A stretch of DNA of 64,000 bases from Alphaproteobacteria bacterium. Its GTDB lineage: Bacteria; Pseudomonadota; Alphaproteobacteria; Micavibrionales; Micavibrionaceae. This document shows positions 12,827 to 23,174 of the stretch, in pieces. The stretch covers positions 10,195-74,194 of the forward strand of contig JAJFGS010000001.1 in assembly GCA_021775995.1 (NCBI GenBank), in the 5' to 3' direction. Each line of letters opens with the position of its first letter. Position 1 is the stretch's first letter. The notes below the pieces were generated by a model, which worked only from the letters and a program-made list of their open reading frames with translations, was not told the DNA's origin and ran no database searches. The position numbers were made by a program, and so were the translations under genes.

Positions 12827-13876
12827 ATGTTTAATATGAATGTGGAACAATCACCAATAGGTTTTTTTGAGCGTTACCTGTCTCTTTGGGTCGGGCTTTG
12901 TATTGCTGCGGGTGTTGTTTTAGGCTTAATTTTTCCAAGTGCATTTCAATTTATTACTTCTCTTGAATATGCCAATGTCAATTTGATTATAGCGTTCTTT
13001 ATCTGGGTAATGATTTACCCGATGATGGTCAATGTAGATTTTTCAAGTCTTAAAGATGTAGGGAAAAAGCCTAAAGGCTTGTGCATTACGCTAGTTGTAA
13101 ACTGGTTAATTAAGCCTTTTACAATGGCTGCGCTTGGTATCTTGTTTTTTGAACATATCTTTTCGGGACTGGTTAGTCCACAAGACGCGAAAGAATATAT
13201 TGCAGGGATGATACTACTCGGCGTTGCACCCTGTACGGCAATGGTATTTGTGTGGAGTCAGCTTGTAAAAGGTGACGCCAATTATACGATAGTTCAGGTA
13301 TCGGTTAACGATATTATTATGATTTTCGCTTTCGCACCTATTGCCGCGCTTCTTCTTGGTATAACTGATATTATCGTGCCGTGGCAGACGTTGCTCTTAT
13401 CGGTCATTCTTTATGTGCTTATTCCTTTGGTGGCTGGATATATCACCCGTAAAAAGCTGGGTAGTTCAGATAGCGATGAACGCATTACCAAATTTACGGC
13501 CAAGGTAAAACCATTTTCAATTATGGGCTTACTGGCGACAGTCATATTACTATTCGGTTTTCAAGCTGGTACTATTATTGAAAAACCAATGGTCATTGCT
13601 TTGATTGCCATACCCTTACTTATTCAAAGTTACGGCATATTCGCAATTTCTTATGGTTGGGGATATTTCTGGCGTGTACCTTTTAGTACTGCCGCACCCG
13701 CCGCACTTATTGGTACGTCAAATTTCTTTGAATTGGCCGTAGCGGTGGCTATAAGTTTGTTTGGTCTTAATTCGGGTGCTGCTTTGGCTACTGTTGTTGG
13801 AGTATTGGTTGAAGTACCCGTTATGCTTTCACTAGTTGCTTTGGCAAATAGAACGCGTATTTACTTTGATCGTTAA
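12827..13876 (+). CDS. acr3: ACR3-family arsenite efflux transporter
   Basis: A polytopic membrane protein with ACR3-type segments [19 protein letters not shown] and [14 protein letters not shown]. Confidence 0.85.
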   Translation: MFNMNVEQSPIGFFERYLSLWVGLCIAAGVVLGLIFPSAFQFITSLEYANVNLIIAFFIWVMIYPMMVNVDFSSLKDVGKKPKGLCITLVVNWLIKPFTMAALGILFFEHIFSGLVSPQDAKEYIAGMILLGVAPCTAMVFVWSQLVKGDANYTIVQVSVNDIIMIFAFAPIAALLLGITDIIVPWQTLLLSVILYVLIPLVAGYITRKKLGSSDSDERITKFTAKVKPFSIMGLLATVILLFGFQAGTIIEKPMVIALIAIPLLIQSYGIFAISYGWGYFWRVPFSTAAPAALIGTSNFFELAVAVAISLFGLNSGAALATVVGVLVEVPVMLSLVALANRTRIYFDR

Positions 13877-13878
13877 CA

Positions 13879-14565
13879 GTGAAAAATATCAGGCTAGAGA
13901 AGCTACAAAGAAAACCAACGATTAAGAAAGAAAAATTATTGTCTAAAAACTGTAATGACTCATGCGGTAGTCAGTCCTTTGAAGGGCTTTCAGCCAAATA
14001 TATAAAAATTTTATGGGTAGTTGTATCCATTAATTTCCTTATGTTTCTGGTTGAGAGCGTAGCTGGTTTTCTAGCCGATTCAACAGCTTTGAAAGCCGAC
14101 GCTCTGGACTTTCTCGGTGACGCTGCCACTTATGCGGCAACACTTCTTGTGATTGGAAAACCGTTAAAAACAAGATCCTTGATAGCTTTACTAAAAGGGT
14201 TGAGCTTGGGGGCAATGGCAATTTTTGTCCTCGGTTTTACTCTCTATCGTGTTTTTGTTACAGGTGAGCCAGAGCCATTCACTATGGGCGCAATAGGCTT
14301 TTTAGCCCTTGCAGCAAATATGGTTAGTGTCCTGCTTTTAATGAAATATCGTGATGGCGACTCCAATGTTCGCTCAGTTTGGCTGTGCAGCCGTAATGAT
14401 GCTATTGGCAATGTAGCTGTAATAATTGCTGGTGCTGGTGTTTTTGCTACTGGAACAGTATGGCCAGATATCTTAGTCGCTTTCATTATAGCAGGGCTAT
14501 TTATGCATTCATCCGTGAATATTACTGTACAAGCCTTAAAAGAACATAAAGGAGTTAAGGTTTAA
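13879..14565 (+). CDS. short cation diffusion facilitator (CDF) family transporter lacking the cytoplasmic C-terminal domain
   Basis: GTG start 2 nt after the acr3 stop. It has 6 TM helices, a TM2 motif ALKADALDFLGDA and a TM5 motif SRNDAIGN. The protein ends about 20 aa after TM6. Confidence 0.7.
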   Translation: MKNIRLEKLQRKPTIKKEKLLSKNCNDSCGSQSFEGLSAKYIKILWVVVSINFLMFLVESVAGFLADSTALKADALDFLGDAATYAATLLVIGKPLKTRSLIALLKGLSLGAMAIFVLGFTLYRVFVTGEPEPFTMGAIGFLALAANMVSVLLLMKYRDGDSNVRSVWLCSRNDAIGNVAVIIAGAGVFATGTVWPDILVAFIIAGLFMHSSVNITVQALKEHKGVKV

Positions 14566-14687
14566 TCAGGGTTAAAAGCCAGTGTATAAAATTACCCATA
14601 TTAATTTGTAATTTGATTGCACTGCTTTCTAATTATTTAGTATCTTTGGCTTATTGAACGTAAAGAGATACTAAGGTTTATGATTTC

Positions 14688-15737
14688 ATGAAACAGGTCG
14701 ATATTGATAGTTTTGAAAAAGAATCTAAATGCACTTACAAGGATGAACATTATTCTGTTCGTGATAACGGGGCGGTGCTTCGCCATACCCCAAAAGAAAA
14801 GAAAAAACGTCCAACAGACTTGAAGTGGACTTTTGGAAAACCAAACATAAAAACTGGGTATATGGAGATTGCTTCTGTTAGGGTGCATAGAATAGTAGCC
14901 ACCGCTTTTCATGGCGAACCGCCAACCCCTGAACACGTTGTTGATCACATTGATACCAACCGTCAGAATAATAGACCTAATAATCTACGTTGGCTAACCC
15001 GCTTAGAAAATGCTCTTAAAAATCCCATTACAAGAAAACGTATTGAATTTATTTGCGGCAGTATTGATGCCTTTATAAAAGACCCTTCAATATTAGGTCA
15101 AAGTACCGTCGATCCGAATTTTCAATGGATGCGTACTGTTACTGTAAAAGAAGCTCAAGCCTGCCGAAAACGTTTGGAATTATGGGCTGAAAGCGACAAA
15201 CAACCCTCTGGTGGCTCTTTGGGAGAATGGGTTTATAAACCTTTGAAAGCCTCAAATCAGCAAGATAAACCATTTCAACCTGCACCGCCGAGAGATCGCT
15301 CAAGCCCTTTGGTCAGAGAAGCAGAAAAGGCACATCGTCTTAATGGCTTAGTGATGGCAAAAACGGAAGGTGCGGCACAACAAAACTGGCAAGTTCCTTC
15401 GGAATTTCCGTGTTGTCCGAACGAAGCAGAGGAAGAGCCAATTAAAGCTTATGCAAAAAAGCTTAAAGTAGGCTCAATCTTTGCAACCAATGACTATTCA
15501 GAAACAGAGGTTTTTAAAGTTGCTACTATAGATGATGGTCAGTCACTATTGGTCATGTGTCTGCAGAAAAAAAGTGGCGTTAAGCCTTGGTCTCTTGCCA
15601 AGGTTTTTTATGAAGACGGGTTATACATTCATACTAGTCTTGGGACTTTCTTTGATGACCAAGGGGCTGAAAAATCGTTTACAATTAAGCAGGGACTTGA
15701 GTGGGCTGGTGGCGATAGTATTGATGATTATTGCTGA
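14688..15737 (+). CDS. HNH endonuclease (HNH_3 / homing-endonuclease-like) with unassigned C-terminal domain
   Basis: It carries HVVDHIDTNRQNNRPNNLRWLTRLEN and an upstream NUMOD4-like YSVRDNGAVL. The C-terminal region of about 170 aa has no motif I recognise. Confidence 0.7.
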   Translation: MKQVDIDSFEKESKCTYKDEHYSVRDNGAVLRHTPKEKKKRPTDLKWTFGKPNIKTGYMEIASVRVHRIVATAFHGEPPTPEHVVDHIDTNRQNNRPNNLRWLTRLENALKNPITRKRIEFICGSIDAFIKDPSILGQSTVDPNFQWMRTVTVKEAQACRKRLELWAESDKQPSGGSLGEWVYKPLKASNQQDKPFQPAPPRDRSSPLVREAEKAHRLNGLVMAKTEGAAQQNWQVPSEFPCCPNEAEEEPIKAYAKKLKVGSIFATNDYSETEVFKVATIDDGQSLLVMCLQKKSGVKPWSLAKVFYEDGLYIHTSLGTFFDDQGAEKSFTIKQGLEWAGGDSIDDYC

Positions 15738-15896
15738 ACACAGTTTAATTGCCATGTATCACGCCCTTCAAAAGCGAAAATTCTGAAGTAATACTCACAT
15801 AACTTGGAACGAATCGCCAAATCCATGACTTCAATATAGAAATTTTACTCCAGAAGTGCTTATCTAGCTGATAAATATAATTAATCGGATAGTAAT

Positions 15897-18800
15897 TTGC
15901 AGCTTTTTCACAATAAAGTATTAAAAAAAATAACAGATACAAAAGCTGAAATTCCAGCCGATCATTTGGCAATTTTAGAAAATTGGTCGCGTTCTATCAA
16001 AGACGGCAGTATTCTAAAACAAAAAGAAACCGCGCTTCATGGTATATTCACTGAAAATATTGTTACCAAAGTATTAGGGTATAAGCCATTCGGCGCAACG
16101 GTTGATCATTATGATGTTGCCGTTGAATATCCAATCGCAGGAACGCGTGTTGACCTTGCTTTGGGTAAGTTTATTGACCCTAACACCCCTGAAAAGAATG
16201 ATTGTATCGCTCCCTTTGAATTAAAAGGGGCAAAAACCAAGCTTAATGCCATTATGTCAGGACGCAATAAAACCCCAGTACAACAAGCTTGGGATTACGC
16301 AATGGACGTAAAAGGCGCAAAATGGGTTCTTGTGTCCAATTATATTGAAATACGATTGTATGCAGTCGGTCATGGTCGAACAGAAGACGATTGCATCAAA
16401 TTTCAATTAGAAACAATAACCGAGCCTGAACAATATCAAAAATTTTACCGACTTCTTTGCAAAGAAAACTTGCTTGGAGGTCAAACGGCAGAGTGGCTTA
16501 AGCAATCAGAAGAACAAGATAAAGACATTACGACCAAGCTTTATCAAGATTATAAAATCATTCGGCATAATGTTATTCACGCCATTACATCTAATAATCC
16601 AGAAGTTGAATTTCAAAATGCGGTAGGAATGGCACAGGTTATTCTTGATCGCGTTTTGTTTATCGCTTTTGCCGAAGATAAAGGCTTATTACCAGACGAA
16701 AGCCTTAAAAAAGCGTATGAATTTAAGAACCCTTACAGCACATCGGATAACCCAAGTAAAATCTGGGATACTTACAAATCTCTCTTCAAATCTATTGATG
16801 AAGGGAATGCTAATTTGGGTATTCCTAAATATAATGGTGGCTTATTTTCTCCAAACGATAATATAGATAATTTAAATTTACCTGATGATATATTCCAAGG
16901 GTTTAAAAAGATTGGTGATTATGACTTCAAGAGTGAGGTTGGTGTTACAATATTGGGGCATATTTTTGAACAGTCAATTTCTGATATTGAAGCCCTTAAA
17001 GAATTTGGTGATTTAAACCTTAAGAAAAAAGACGGTAAGCGTAAAAAAGAAGGCGTTGTTTATACACCTGACTCTATCACGCGCTTTATTGTTGAAAAGA
17101 CGTTGGGCGAATATGTCATTAAATGCCGTACAGAATTACTAGAAGAATTTATTACCAAAGGTAGTTGGCAACAATTTACAGCGGGTAGTGCCGTAGGTGA
17201 GCCATTAGCAAAATGGAAGTCTAAAGCCGCAGAGCTTGAATATTGGCGTGCTTATCAAGAACTTCTTAAAACCATTCGTATTGTTGATCCTGCCTGTGGG
17301 TCGGGAGCGTTTTTGGTGGCGGCGTTTGATTATATGTATGGCGAATATGACCGCGTGAATATGCGTATTGCAGACTTGCGTGGTGGTACAGGTGATGTTT
17401 TTGATCTAAACAAAGAGATTCTGAATAACAACCTCTATGGTGTAGATGTTAATGAAGAATCCATTGAAATTACGAAGTTGTCATTGTGGTTAAAAACAGC
17501 GCAGCGCGGTAAAATCCTTAATTCATTGGATGATAATTTACGCGTGGGCGATAGCGTCATTGAAGATTCCAGCTTTACCCATCGGGCTTTTTCATGGAAA
17601 GAAGCTTTCCCTGAAGTATTCAAGGATGGCGGCTTTGATATTGTTTTAGGAAACCCGCCTTACGTGCGCCAAGAATTTATATCCCCTATGAAGCCATATT
17701 TAGAAAAACGATACGAGGTTTATAATGGTGTTGCCGATCTCTATACCTATTTCTTTGAATTGGCATTGCGGATTCTAAAGCCCAATACAGGACGCATGGG
17801 CTATATCAGCTCCGCCACTTTTTTTAAAACAAGTAGCGGTGAAAATCTTCGTAAATATTTAAGTGAAAAATCACAAATAGATACGATTATAGATTTTGGC
17901 GATGTGCAGATATTTGAAGGTGTGACGACCTATCCCGCAATTTTTGTTCTTAATAATAAATCAGTCAATAAAGACCATAAGATTGATTTTTTAAGCCTGA
18001 CTTCAAAACCAGAAGAAGATATAGCAAAGATGTTTACCGAGTCTGCTTTGTCTATGCCACAAAAGTGGTTAGGTGTAGAACAATGGAATTTACAAAGTGA
18101 AGAATATCAGAATATTTTAATAAAAATTAAGTCTAGAGGTACTAAATTAAAAGAGGTAAAATCCTCTCCTCTTAATGGCATAAAAACAGGACTTAATGAA
18201 GCGTTTGTAATTAGTGAAAATGAATATAAATCTTTGATAAAAAAAGATCCTAAATCAAATCATCTTATAAAACCTTTCTTAGAGGGCAAAGATCCCAAAA
18301 AATGGAGAGTAGAATCTAGAAAAATTTATATAATTTTAATTTCGAATGGTTGGACTAAATCCCAAATACAAGCTTCAAGCGAAAAAGATTCTTGGAATTG
18401 GTTTTGTAATAATTATCCTGCAATTTCAGAACATTTGGAAAAATTTGAAGAAAAGGCTAGAAAGAGATATGACCAAGGAGATTTTTGGTGGGAATTGAGG
18501 GCTTGCGCCTACTTAGAAAAATTTAAAAAAGAAAAAATTATATGGTCACATTTTCAGAGCGAGCCGTTCTTTTCGTATGACCGAAATGGTTATTATCTAA
18601 ATAATAAATGCTATATTCTAGATGATGTCGGTTTCTATGAGTTAGCTATATTTAATAGTAATGTTAATTGGTTAGTATTTAAGTCGATGACCACTATGGT
18701 TCGGGGTGGTTATTATGAAGCAACAACTCAAAATACAGAGCAATTTCCTATCCCTGAAGCATCTGATACAGAAAAAACGCTTATCGGCTCATTGGCGGAA

Positions 18801-19145
18801 CAAGCGCAAGATACTGCCGAACAACGTTATGCCTTGCAGGAACAAGTGCGTAATCGTATCCATGACATTGCCCCAGAAGGCAAAGCATTTGATTTAAACA
18901 ATAAACTCAAATCTTGGTGGATGCTTGATTTCAAAGAATTTCAAAAGGAAATCAAAAAAGTTTTTAAACGTGAATTAAAACTATCAGAGCGTGATGAATG
19001 GCAAACCTATATCACCGAAAAACAAAAACAGGTAGAGGCACTAACAAATACCCTGACAGCAATAGAAAATGACCTAAATACCGAAGTCTATAAACTTTTC
19101 GACCTCACCCCTGATGAAATAAAACTAATCGAGGAGAATGTCTGA
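15897..19145 (+). CDS. MmeI-like type IIG/IIL bifunctional restriction endonuclease / N6-adenine DNA methyltransferase
   Basis: TTG start. The N-terminus has PD-(D/E)xK-like VDLAL...FELKGAK, then QQAWDY...VLVSNY. The helical spacer carries YNGGLF. SAM motif I is VDPACGSGAFL and motif IV is NPPY. A C-terminal target-recognition region and coiled-coil tail end in LFDLTPDEIKLIEE. Confidence 0.8.
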   Translation: MQLFHNKVLKKITDTKAEIPADHLAILENWSRSIKDGSILKQKETALHGIFTENIVTKVLGYKPFGATVDHYDVAVEYPIAGTRVDLALGKFIDPNTPEKNDCIAPFELKGAKTKLNAIMSGRNKTPVQQAWDYAMDVKGAKWVLVSNYIEIRLYAVGHGRTEDDCIKFQLETITEPEQYQKFYRLLCKENLLGGQTAEWLKQSEEQDKDITTKLYQDYKIIRHNVIHAITSNNPEVEFQNAVGMAQVILDRVLFIAFAEDKGLLPDESLKKAYEFKNPYSTSDNPSKIWDTYKSLFKSIDEGNANLGIPKYNGGLFSPNDNIDNLNLPDDIFQGFKKIGDYDFKSEVGVTILGHIFEQSISDIEALKEFGDLNLKKKDGKRKKEGVVYTPDSITRFIVEKTLGEYVIKCRTELLEEFITKGSWQQFTAGSAVGEPLAKWKSKAAELEYWRAYQELLKTIRIVDPACGSGAFLVAAFDYMYGEYDRVNMRIADLRGGTGDVFDLNKEILNNNLYGVDVNEESIEITKLSLWLKTAQRGKILNSLDDNLRVGDSVIEDSSFTHRAFSWKEAFPEVFKDGGFDIVLGNPPYVRQEFISPMKPYLEKRYEVYNGVADLYTYFFELALRILKPNTGRMGYISSATFFKTSSGENLRKYLSEKSQIDTIIDFGDVQIFEGVTTYPAIFVLNNKSVNKDHKIDFLSLTSKPEEDIAKMFTESALSMPQKWLGVEQWNLQSEEYQNILIKIKSRGTKLKEVKSSPLNGIKTGLNEAFVISENEYKSLIKKDPKSNHLIKPFLEGKDPKKWRVESRKIYIILISNGWTKSQIQASSEKDSWNWFCNNYPAISEHLEKFEEKARKRYDQGDFWWELRACAYLEKFKKEKIIWSHFQSEPFFSYDRNGYYLNNKCYILDDVGFYELAIFNSNVNWLVFKSMTTMVRGGYYEATTQNTEQFPIPEASDTEKTLIGSLAEQAQDTAEQRYALQEQVRNRIHDIAPEGKAFDLNNKLKSWWMLDFKEFQKEIKKVFKRELKLSERDEWQTYITEKQKQVEALTNTLTAIENDLNTEVYKLFDLTPDEIKLIEENV

Positions 19146-21421
19146 TGGAAAATGGTATTCAAAAAATCTCAAAATTGAAAAAATTTGGAATTTACAAAGA
19201 TTTCTCATGGGGCGATTTAACTGACTTTAAAAAGTCTGGTCTTATTTATGGTTGGAATTATTCGGGGAAAACCACACTTTCTAAATTGTTCCAGATTTTG
19301 GAATTTCAGGAAGATAGAACACGATTTGAAGAATCAGAATTTAAAATTGATTATGTAGAAAATAATGTTTCAAAGTCAGTTACAAAAGCTAATATCACCA
19401 ACTTTCCCTTTATTGTGAAGGTTTTTAATTCTGATTATATCTCGCGAATTTTTACATGGGATGAGCCTGAATCATCTTTCGATCCAATATCCTTCTACCT
19501 TGGTGATCCTGCGGGAGACATAGATAAGAAAATCAAAAAACTAGAGAGCGATAATAAAAGATGGAAATCTATTTTAGAAAAACGCCATCAAAAATCTATC
19601 GATTGCTTTGCAGAGTATGAAAAAAATAATGGTAAATTTTCATCAAAATCAAAAAATATAAGAGAAGAATCCTTACCAAGATTATTGCAACCGCATGAGT
19701 TCAATAAATCTAAGTTTTCAGATATTGCGAACGAGGTGTTAGATGACTTAGATAGCCATATCTTATCTGAAGAAAATAAAGAAATTAACAGAAGAGGCGC
19801 GTTAGCAACTAACACGTACGCACCTCAACAAGAAAACTTTGATTATTCTAAAAACTTAAAAGAGCTATCGGGTGCTGTTAAATCTATATTGGAAGATAGT
19901 GCGCCGCAATCCATTGCTTTGCCGAGTTTAGATGCTAATGAAGAACTTTTTAAATGGGTGCAAGAGGGACTAAAGTTTCACCAAGATAAAGATGAGTGTC
20001 AATTTTGCACTGAAAAAATACCAGAAAATAGAATGTATAATCTTAATGCTTATTATTCTAAAAAATTAAAGGAAATTCAGGCATCAATTAGTTCTGTTAG
20101 TCAGGAAATAACTAATGATAAAACAGGTTTAGATATTAATTTCCCAAAAGTTGATGAATTGGCGGAAGAATATAAAGAAAAGTATTCCCAAAAAATAAAA
20201 GCATATAAAAATGATGCTTTAAAATATCAAAAACAACTTGAAGTTTTAGAAAAAGACTTAAAACGCAAGCCAGAAGACTTTTTTAATAGTATCGATGCTA
20301 CTGAAATAGTAGATATATCACTTAAAAGCAGTATTGAGGCTATAGAAGCGATTATTAAAGAGTTCAACATTTGGATAAACGCTTTTGACCAAAGAAAACA
20401 AGAAGCTTTAGATAGAATTTTAAAGCATTATGTGGCTGAATATCTGAAAGCTGAGAATTATATTCCTAAGAAAAAAGCAGCAGAGCTAGCAGAAAAAAAT
20501 AAGCTTCTTATTGAAGCTCAAATTTCTAGTAATGAAGAGGAAATTCAATCTTTAAATGCTCAGTTAAGCGATAAAGTTCAGGGACAAGAAGAGCTTAATC
20601 AAAGTCTTAAAATATTGCTTAATAGAGATGATATTAAAATTGAGATAGAAGAAGAAAAATTTATATTAAAACGAAACGATTATCCCGCTTATAGTTTAAG
20701 TGAAGGAGAAAAATCTGCGATAGCCTTTTCATATTTCTTAACAGAGTTGAAGTCTCTTAAAAAAGAAGGTGACATAGAAAAGACTATATCTTTTATTGAC
20801 GATCCTATATCGAGCTTAGATAGTAACCATGTTTTTCAAGTACGTTCATTAATCAGTAATTTCTTTAAAAACTGTGATTATTGTCAGCTATTTGTTTCGA
20901 CACATAACTTTGAATTTTTCTCAATGCTATTAGACAGTAAAACTTTTGGCCGTATTACTAGTAGCACCCAAGAAGATAAAAGAAATCTGTACTTTATAGA
21001 AAGAAGTAAAGAGGGCGCAGCAATTATTAAAAAACTACCTAAATCTTTTAGTAGCTATAAATCGGAATATGTAGGTTTATACTCTATATTAAAAGACTAT
21101 AGAGATTTAGCTGATAAAAACGATTACCCGAATGTTTTAATTTTACCAAACGCCTTAAGACGTTTTGTTGAATTATATACATTAATGAAATATCCCAGTG
21201 ATACTGAAGTTGATGATAGGATTAATCATATCTTTAGTCCCAATAGTCAAACAAAGCATAATACTAAGTTATTGCATTGGTTTTCACATCAGAATGAATT
21301 TGAAAAAATTCAAACTCATGATGGAAAAATTCTTCAAATTGAAGAAGCTATAGATGAATTACTCACTCATATTGAAAACGAAGACAAACTTCATTGGGAA
21401 GGCCTTCAAAAAGTCGCTTAA
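19145..21421 (+). CDS. AAA_13-family ATPase, RloC/PrrC-like candidate anticodon nuclease
   Basis: Walker A is GWNYSGKTT. A CxxC (ECQFC) sits in a long Lys/Glu-rich coiled-coil stretch. LSEGEKSAIAF is ABC-signature-like, and Walker B is ISFIDDPISSLD. The C-terminal NALRRFVELY...HWFSH resembles the PrrC/RloC nuclease region. The start overlaps the upstream stop (TGATG). Confidence 0.7.
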   Translation: MENGIQKISKLKKFGIYKDFSWGDLTDFKKSGLIYGWNYSGKTTLSKLFQILEFQEDRTRFEESEFKIDYVENNVSKSVTKANITNFPFIVKVFNSDYISRIFTWDEPESSFDPISFYLGDPAGDIDKKIKKLESDNKRWKSILEKRHQKSIDCFAEYEKNNGKFSSKSKNIREESLPRLLQPHEFNKSKFSDIANEVLDDLDSHILSEENKEINRRGALATNTYAPQQENFDYSKNLKELSGAVKSILEDSAPQSIALPSLDANEELFKWVQEGLKFHQDKDECQFCTEKIPENRMYNLNAYYSKKLKEIQASISSVSQEITNDKTGLDINFPKVDELAEEYKEKYSQKIKAYKNDALKYQKQLEVLEKDLKRKPEDFFNSIDATEIVDISLKSSIEAIEAIIKEFNIWINAFDQRKQEALDRILKHYVAEYLKAENYIPKKKAAELAEKNKLLIEAQISSNEEEIQSLNAQLSDKVQGQEELNQSLKILLNRDDIKIEIEEEKFILKRNDYPAYSLSEGEKSAIAFSYFLTELKSLKKEGDIEKTISFIDDPISSLDSNHVFQVRSLISNFFKNCDYCQLFVSTHNFEFFSMLLDSKTFGRITSSTQEDKRNLYFIERSKEGAAIIKKLPKSFSSYKSEYVGLYSILKDYRDLADKNDYPNVLILPNALRRFVELYTLMKYPSDTEVDDRINHIFSPNSQTKHNTKLLHWFSHQNEFEKIQTHDGKILQIEEAIDELLTHIENEDKLHWEGLQKVA

Positions 21422-21457
21422 AAGAAATTATTAATACAAATAAAAGAGATATAGAAA

Positions 21458-23164
21458 ATGACAAAGAAAATTAGTGCTGCAGAACAGCCTTTATCAAAGA
21501 TATTTAGTTCAGATTTTGAATATATTATTCCGTCATATCAACGCCCCTACGCTTGGAGTGTTTTAAATACTTACGATTTATTTGATGATTTATATGATTT
21601 TTATAAATCAGGGACAGATGAAGGTTATTTTCTTGGTAGTATTGTTTTAATCAAACAAGAAAATAAGGCATTTTCACAAGTTATTGATGGCCAGCAAAGA
21701 CTTACGACATTAACTATTTTATTGGCCGCAATAGCTTCAAAAATGAGCGGTGGAAGCCAAGAACGCTTAAAGCAATACATAAAAGAACCAGGAAATCATT
21801 TTGAAGGATTAAAATCTAAGCCTAGATTGACGTTACGCGATAAAGATAAAGATTTTTTTGAAAAATATGTTCAGTCTTTAGATTTTGATGCATTACATAA
21901 ACTTGATCCTGAAACACTAGCTAGCGAAGCACAAAAAAATATCTATAAAAATAGTAGAAGTATTTTATCTTGCCTTGATAAATATTTTCCTACCGACCAA
22001 GAGGAACTAACCTCGTTTACAAGTTTTATCTTACAACGTTGTTTTCTTGTTGCTGTATCAACGCCAAGCCAAGAATCTGCATTTCGTGTATTTTCCGTTA
22101 TGAATACTAGGGGTATGAGTTTGCAAGCTACAGATATTATAAAAGCCGATATAATTGGTCAAATTAAAGATGAGTTACAAAATAATGCTTATAATGAGCG
22201 TTGGGAAGATATGGAAGTGGAGCTTGGTCGCGATGGGTTTAATGACCTCTTCTCTTATATTCGTATGATTTATAGTAAAGAAAAGGCTCAACGCTCTATT
22301 TTAGAAGAATTTCGTACGCACGTACTATCTAAAGTTTCCTCCCCTACAGGATTGATTGAAACAGTTTTAGAGCCTTATGCTGATGCCTTAACCATTATTA
22401 AGAAATCTAACTATCAAGCTTCATCTAATGCTGAAAATATTAATGATTATCTGAAGTGGTTAAACCGTATTGATAATTCTGACTGGATACCTCCAGCAAT
22501 AAAATTTTTATCACAACATAAAAACAATCCTGAATATGTAGATTGGTTTTTTAAAAAACTAGAACGTCTTGCTGCGTACTTGCATATATGTAGCAAAAAT
22601 ATTAATGAGCGTATTTCAAGGTATGCGGGACTTTTAGAAGAAATGGAAAAACCTCACAGTTTTTTAACACCTCTAGAAAGTATAGAGCTTACAAGTGCTG
22701 AAAAAATGCTGATGAGTCAAACCTTGAATGGGGATGTATATGAATTAACCGCTCGTCGTAGAAATTATATAATTCTTCGGCTTGATGCTTTTATGTCAGA
22801 TGGTGCTGCTACTTATGACCCTTCAATTTTAACGATTGAGCATATTTTACCTCAAACGGTAAACCCTGATAGCGAATGGGCAAAAAATTGGCCTGTAATT
22901 GAAAATAGGCAAGAGTGGGTTCATCGAATTTCTAATTTAGTTCCCCTTAATCAAAGGAGAAACTCACAGGCACAAAATTTTGATTTTGAAAGAAAAAAAT
23001 CTGCATATTTTACTGGTAAGAAAAAAGTCTCTTCATACATTTTGACAACACAAGTTTTAAATGAAGAAAAATGGACACCTAGCGTAGTTGAAAATCGCCA
23101 GAAAGAATTATTATCTGTAATGAATGATAATTGGGAATTAAATGAGATTTCTTCAATAATTTAA
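21458..23164 (+). CDS. GmrSD-like DUF262/DUF1524 nuclease (type IV restriction family)
   Basis: DUF262 motifs IPSYQRPYAW and DGQQRLTT are present. The C-terminal DUF1524 His-Me finger is IEHILPQ ... NLVPLNQRRNSQAQN. Confidence 0.8.
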   Translation: MTKKISAAEQPLSKIFSSDFEYIIPSYQRPYAWSVLNTYDLFDDLYDFYKSGTDEGYFLGSIVLIKQENKAFSQVIDGQQRLTTLTILLAAIASKMSGGSQERLKQYIKEPGNHFEGLKSKPRLTLRDKDKDFFEKYVQSLDFDALHKLDPETLASEAQKNIYKNSRSILSCLDKYFPTDQEELTSFTSFILQRCFLVAVSTPSQESAFRVFSVMNTRGMSLQATDIIKADIIGQIKDELQNNAYNERWEDMEVELGRDGFNDLFSYIRMIYSKEKAQRSILEEFRTHVLSKVSSPTGLIETVLEPYADALTIIKKSNYQASSNAENINDYLKWLNRIDNSDWIPPAIKFLSQHKNNPEYVDWFFKKLERLAAYLHICSKNINERISRYAGLLEEMEKPHSFLTPLESIELTSAEKMLMSQTLNGDVYELTARRRNYIILRLDAFMSDGAATYDPSILTIEHILPQTVNPDSEWAKNWPVIENRQEWVHRISNLVPLNQRRNSQAQNFDFERKKSAYFTGKKKVSSYILTTQVLNEEKWTPSVVENRQKELLSVMNDNWELNEISSII

Positions 23165-23174
23165 TTTTTAAAAG

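Noticed and set aside
14637-14948. A 103-aa minus-strand ORF overlapping the HNH gene start
   Set aside because: It is antisense to the motif-supported HNH ORF.
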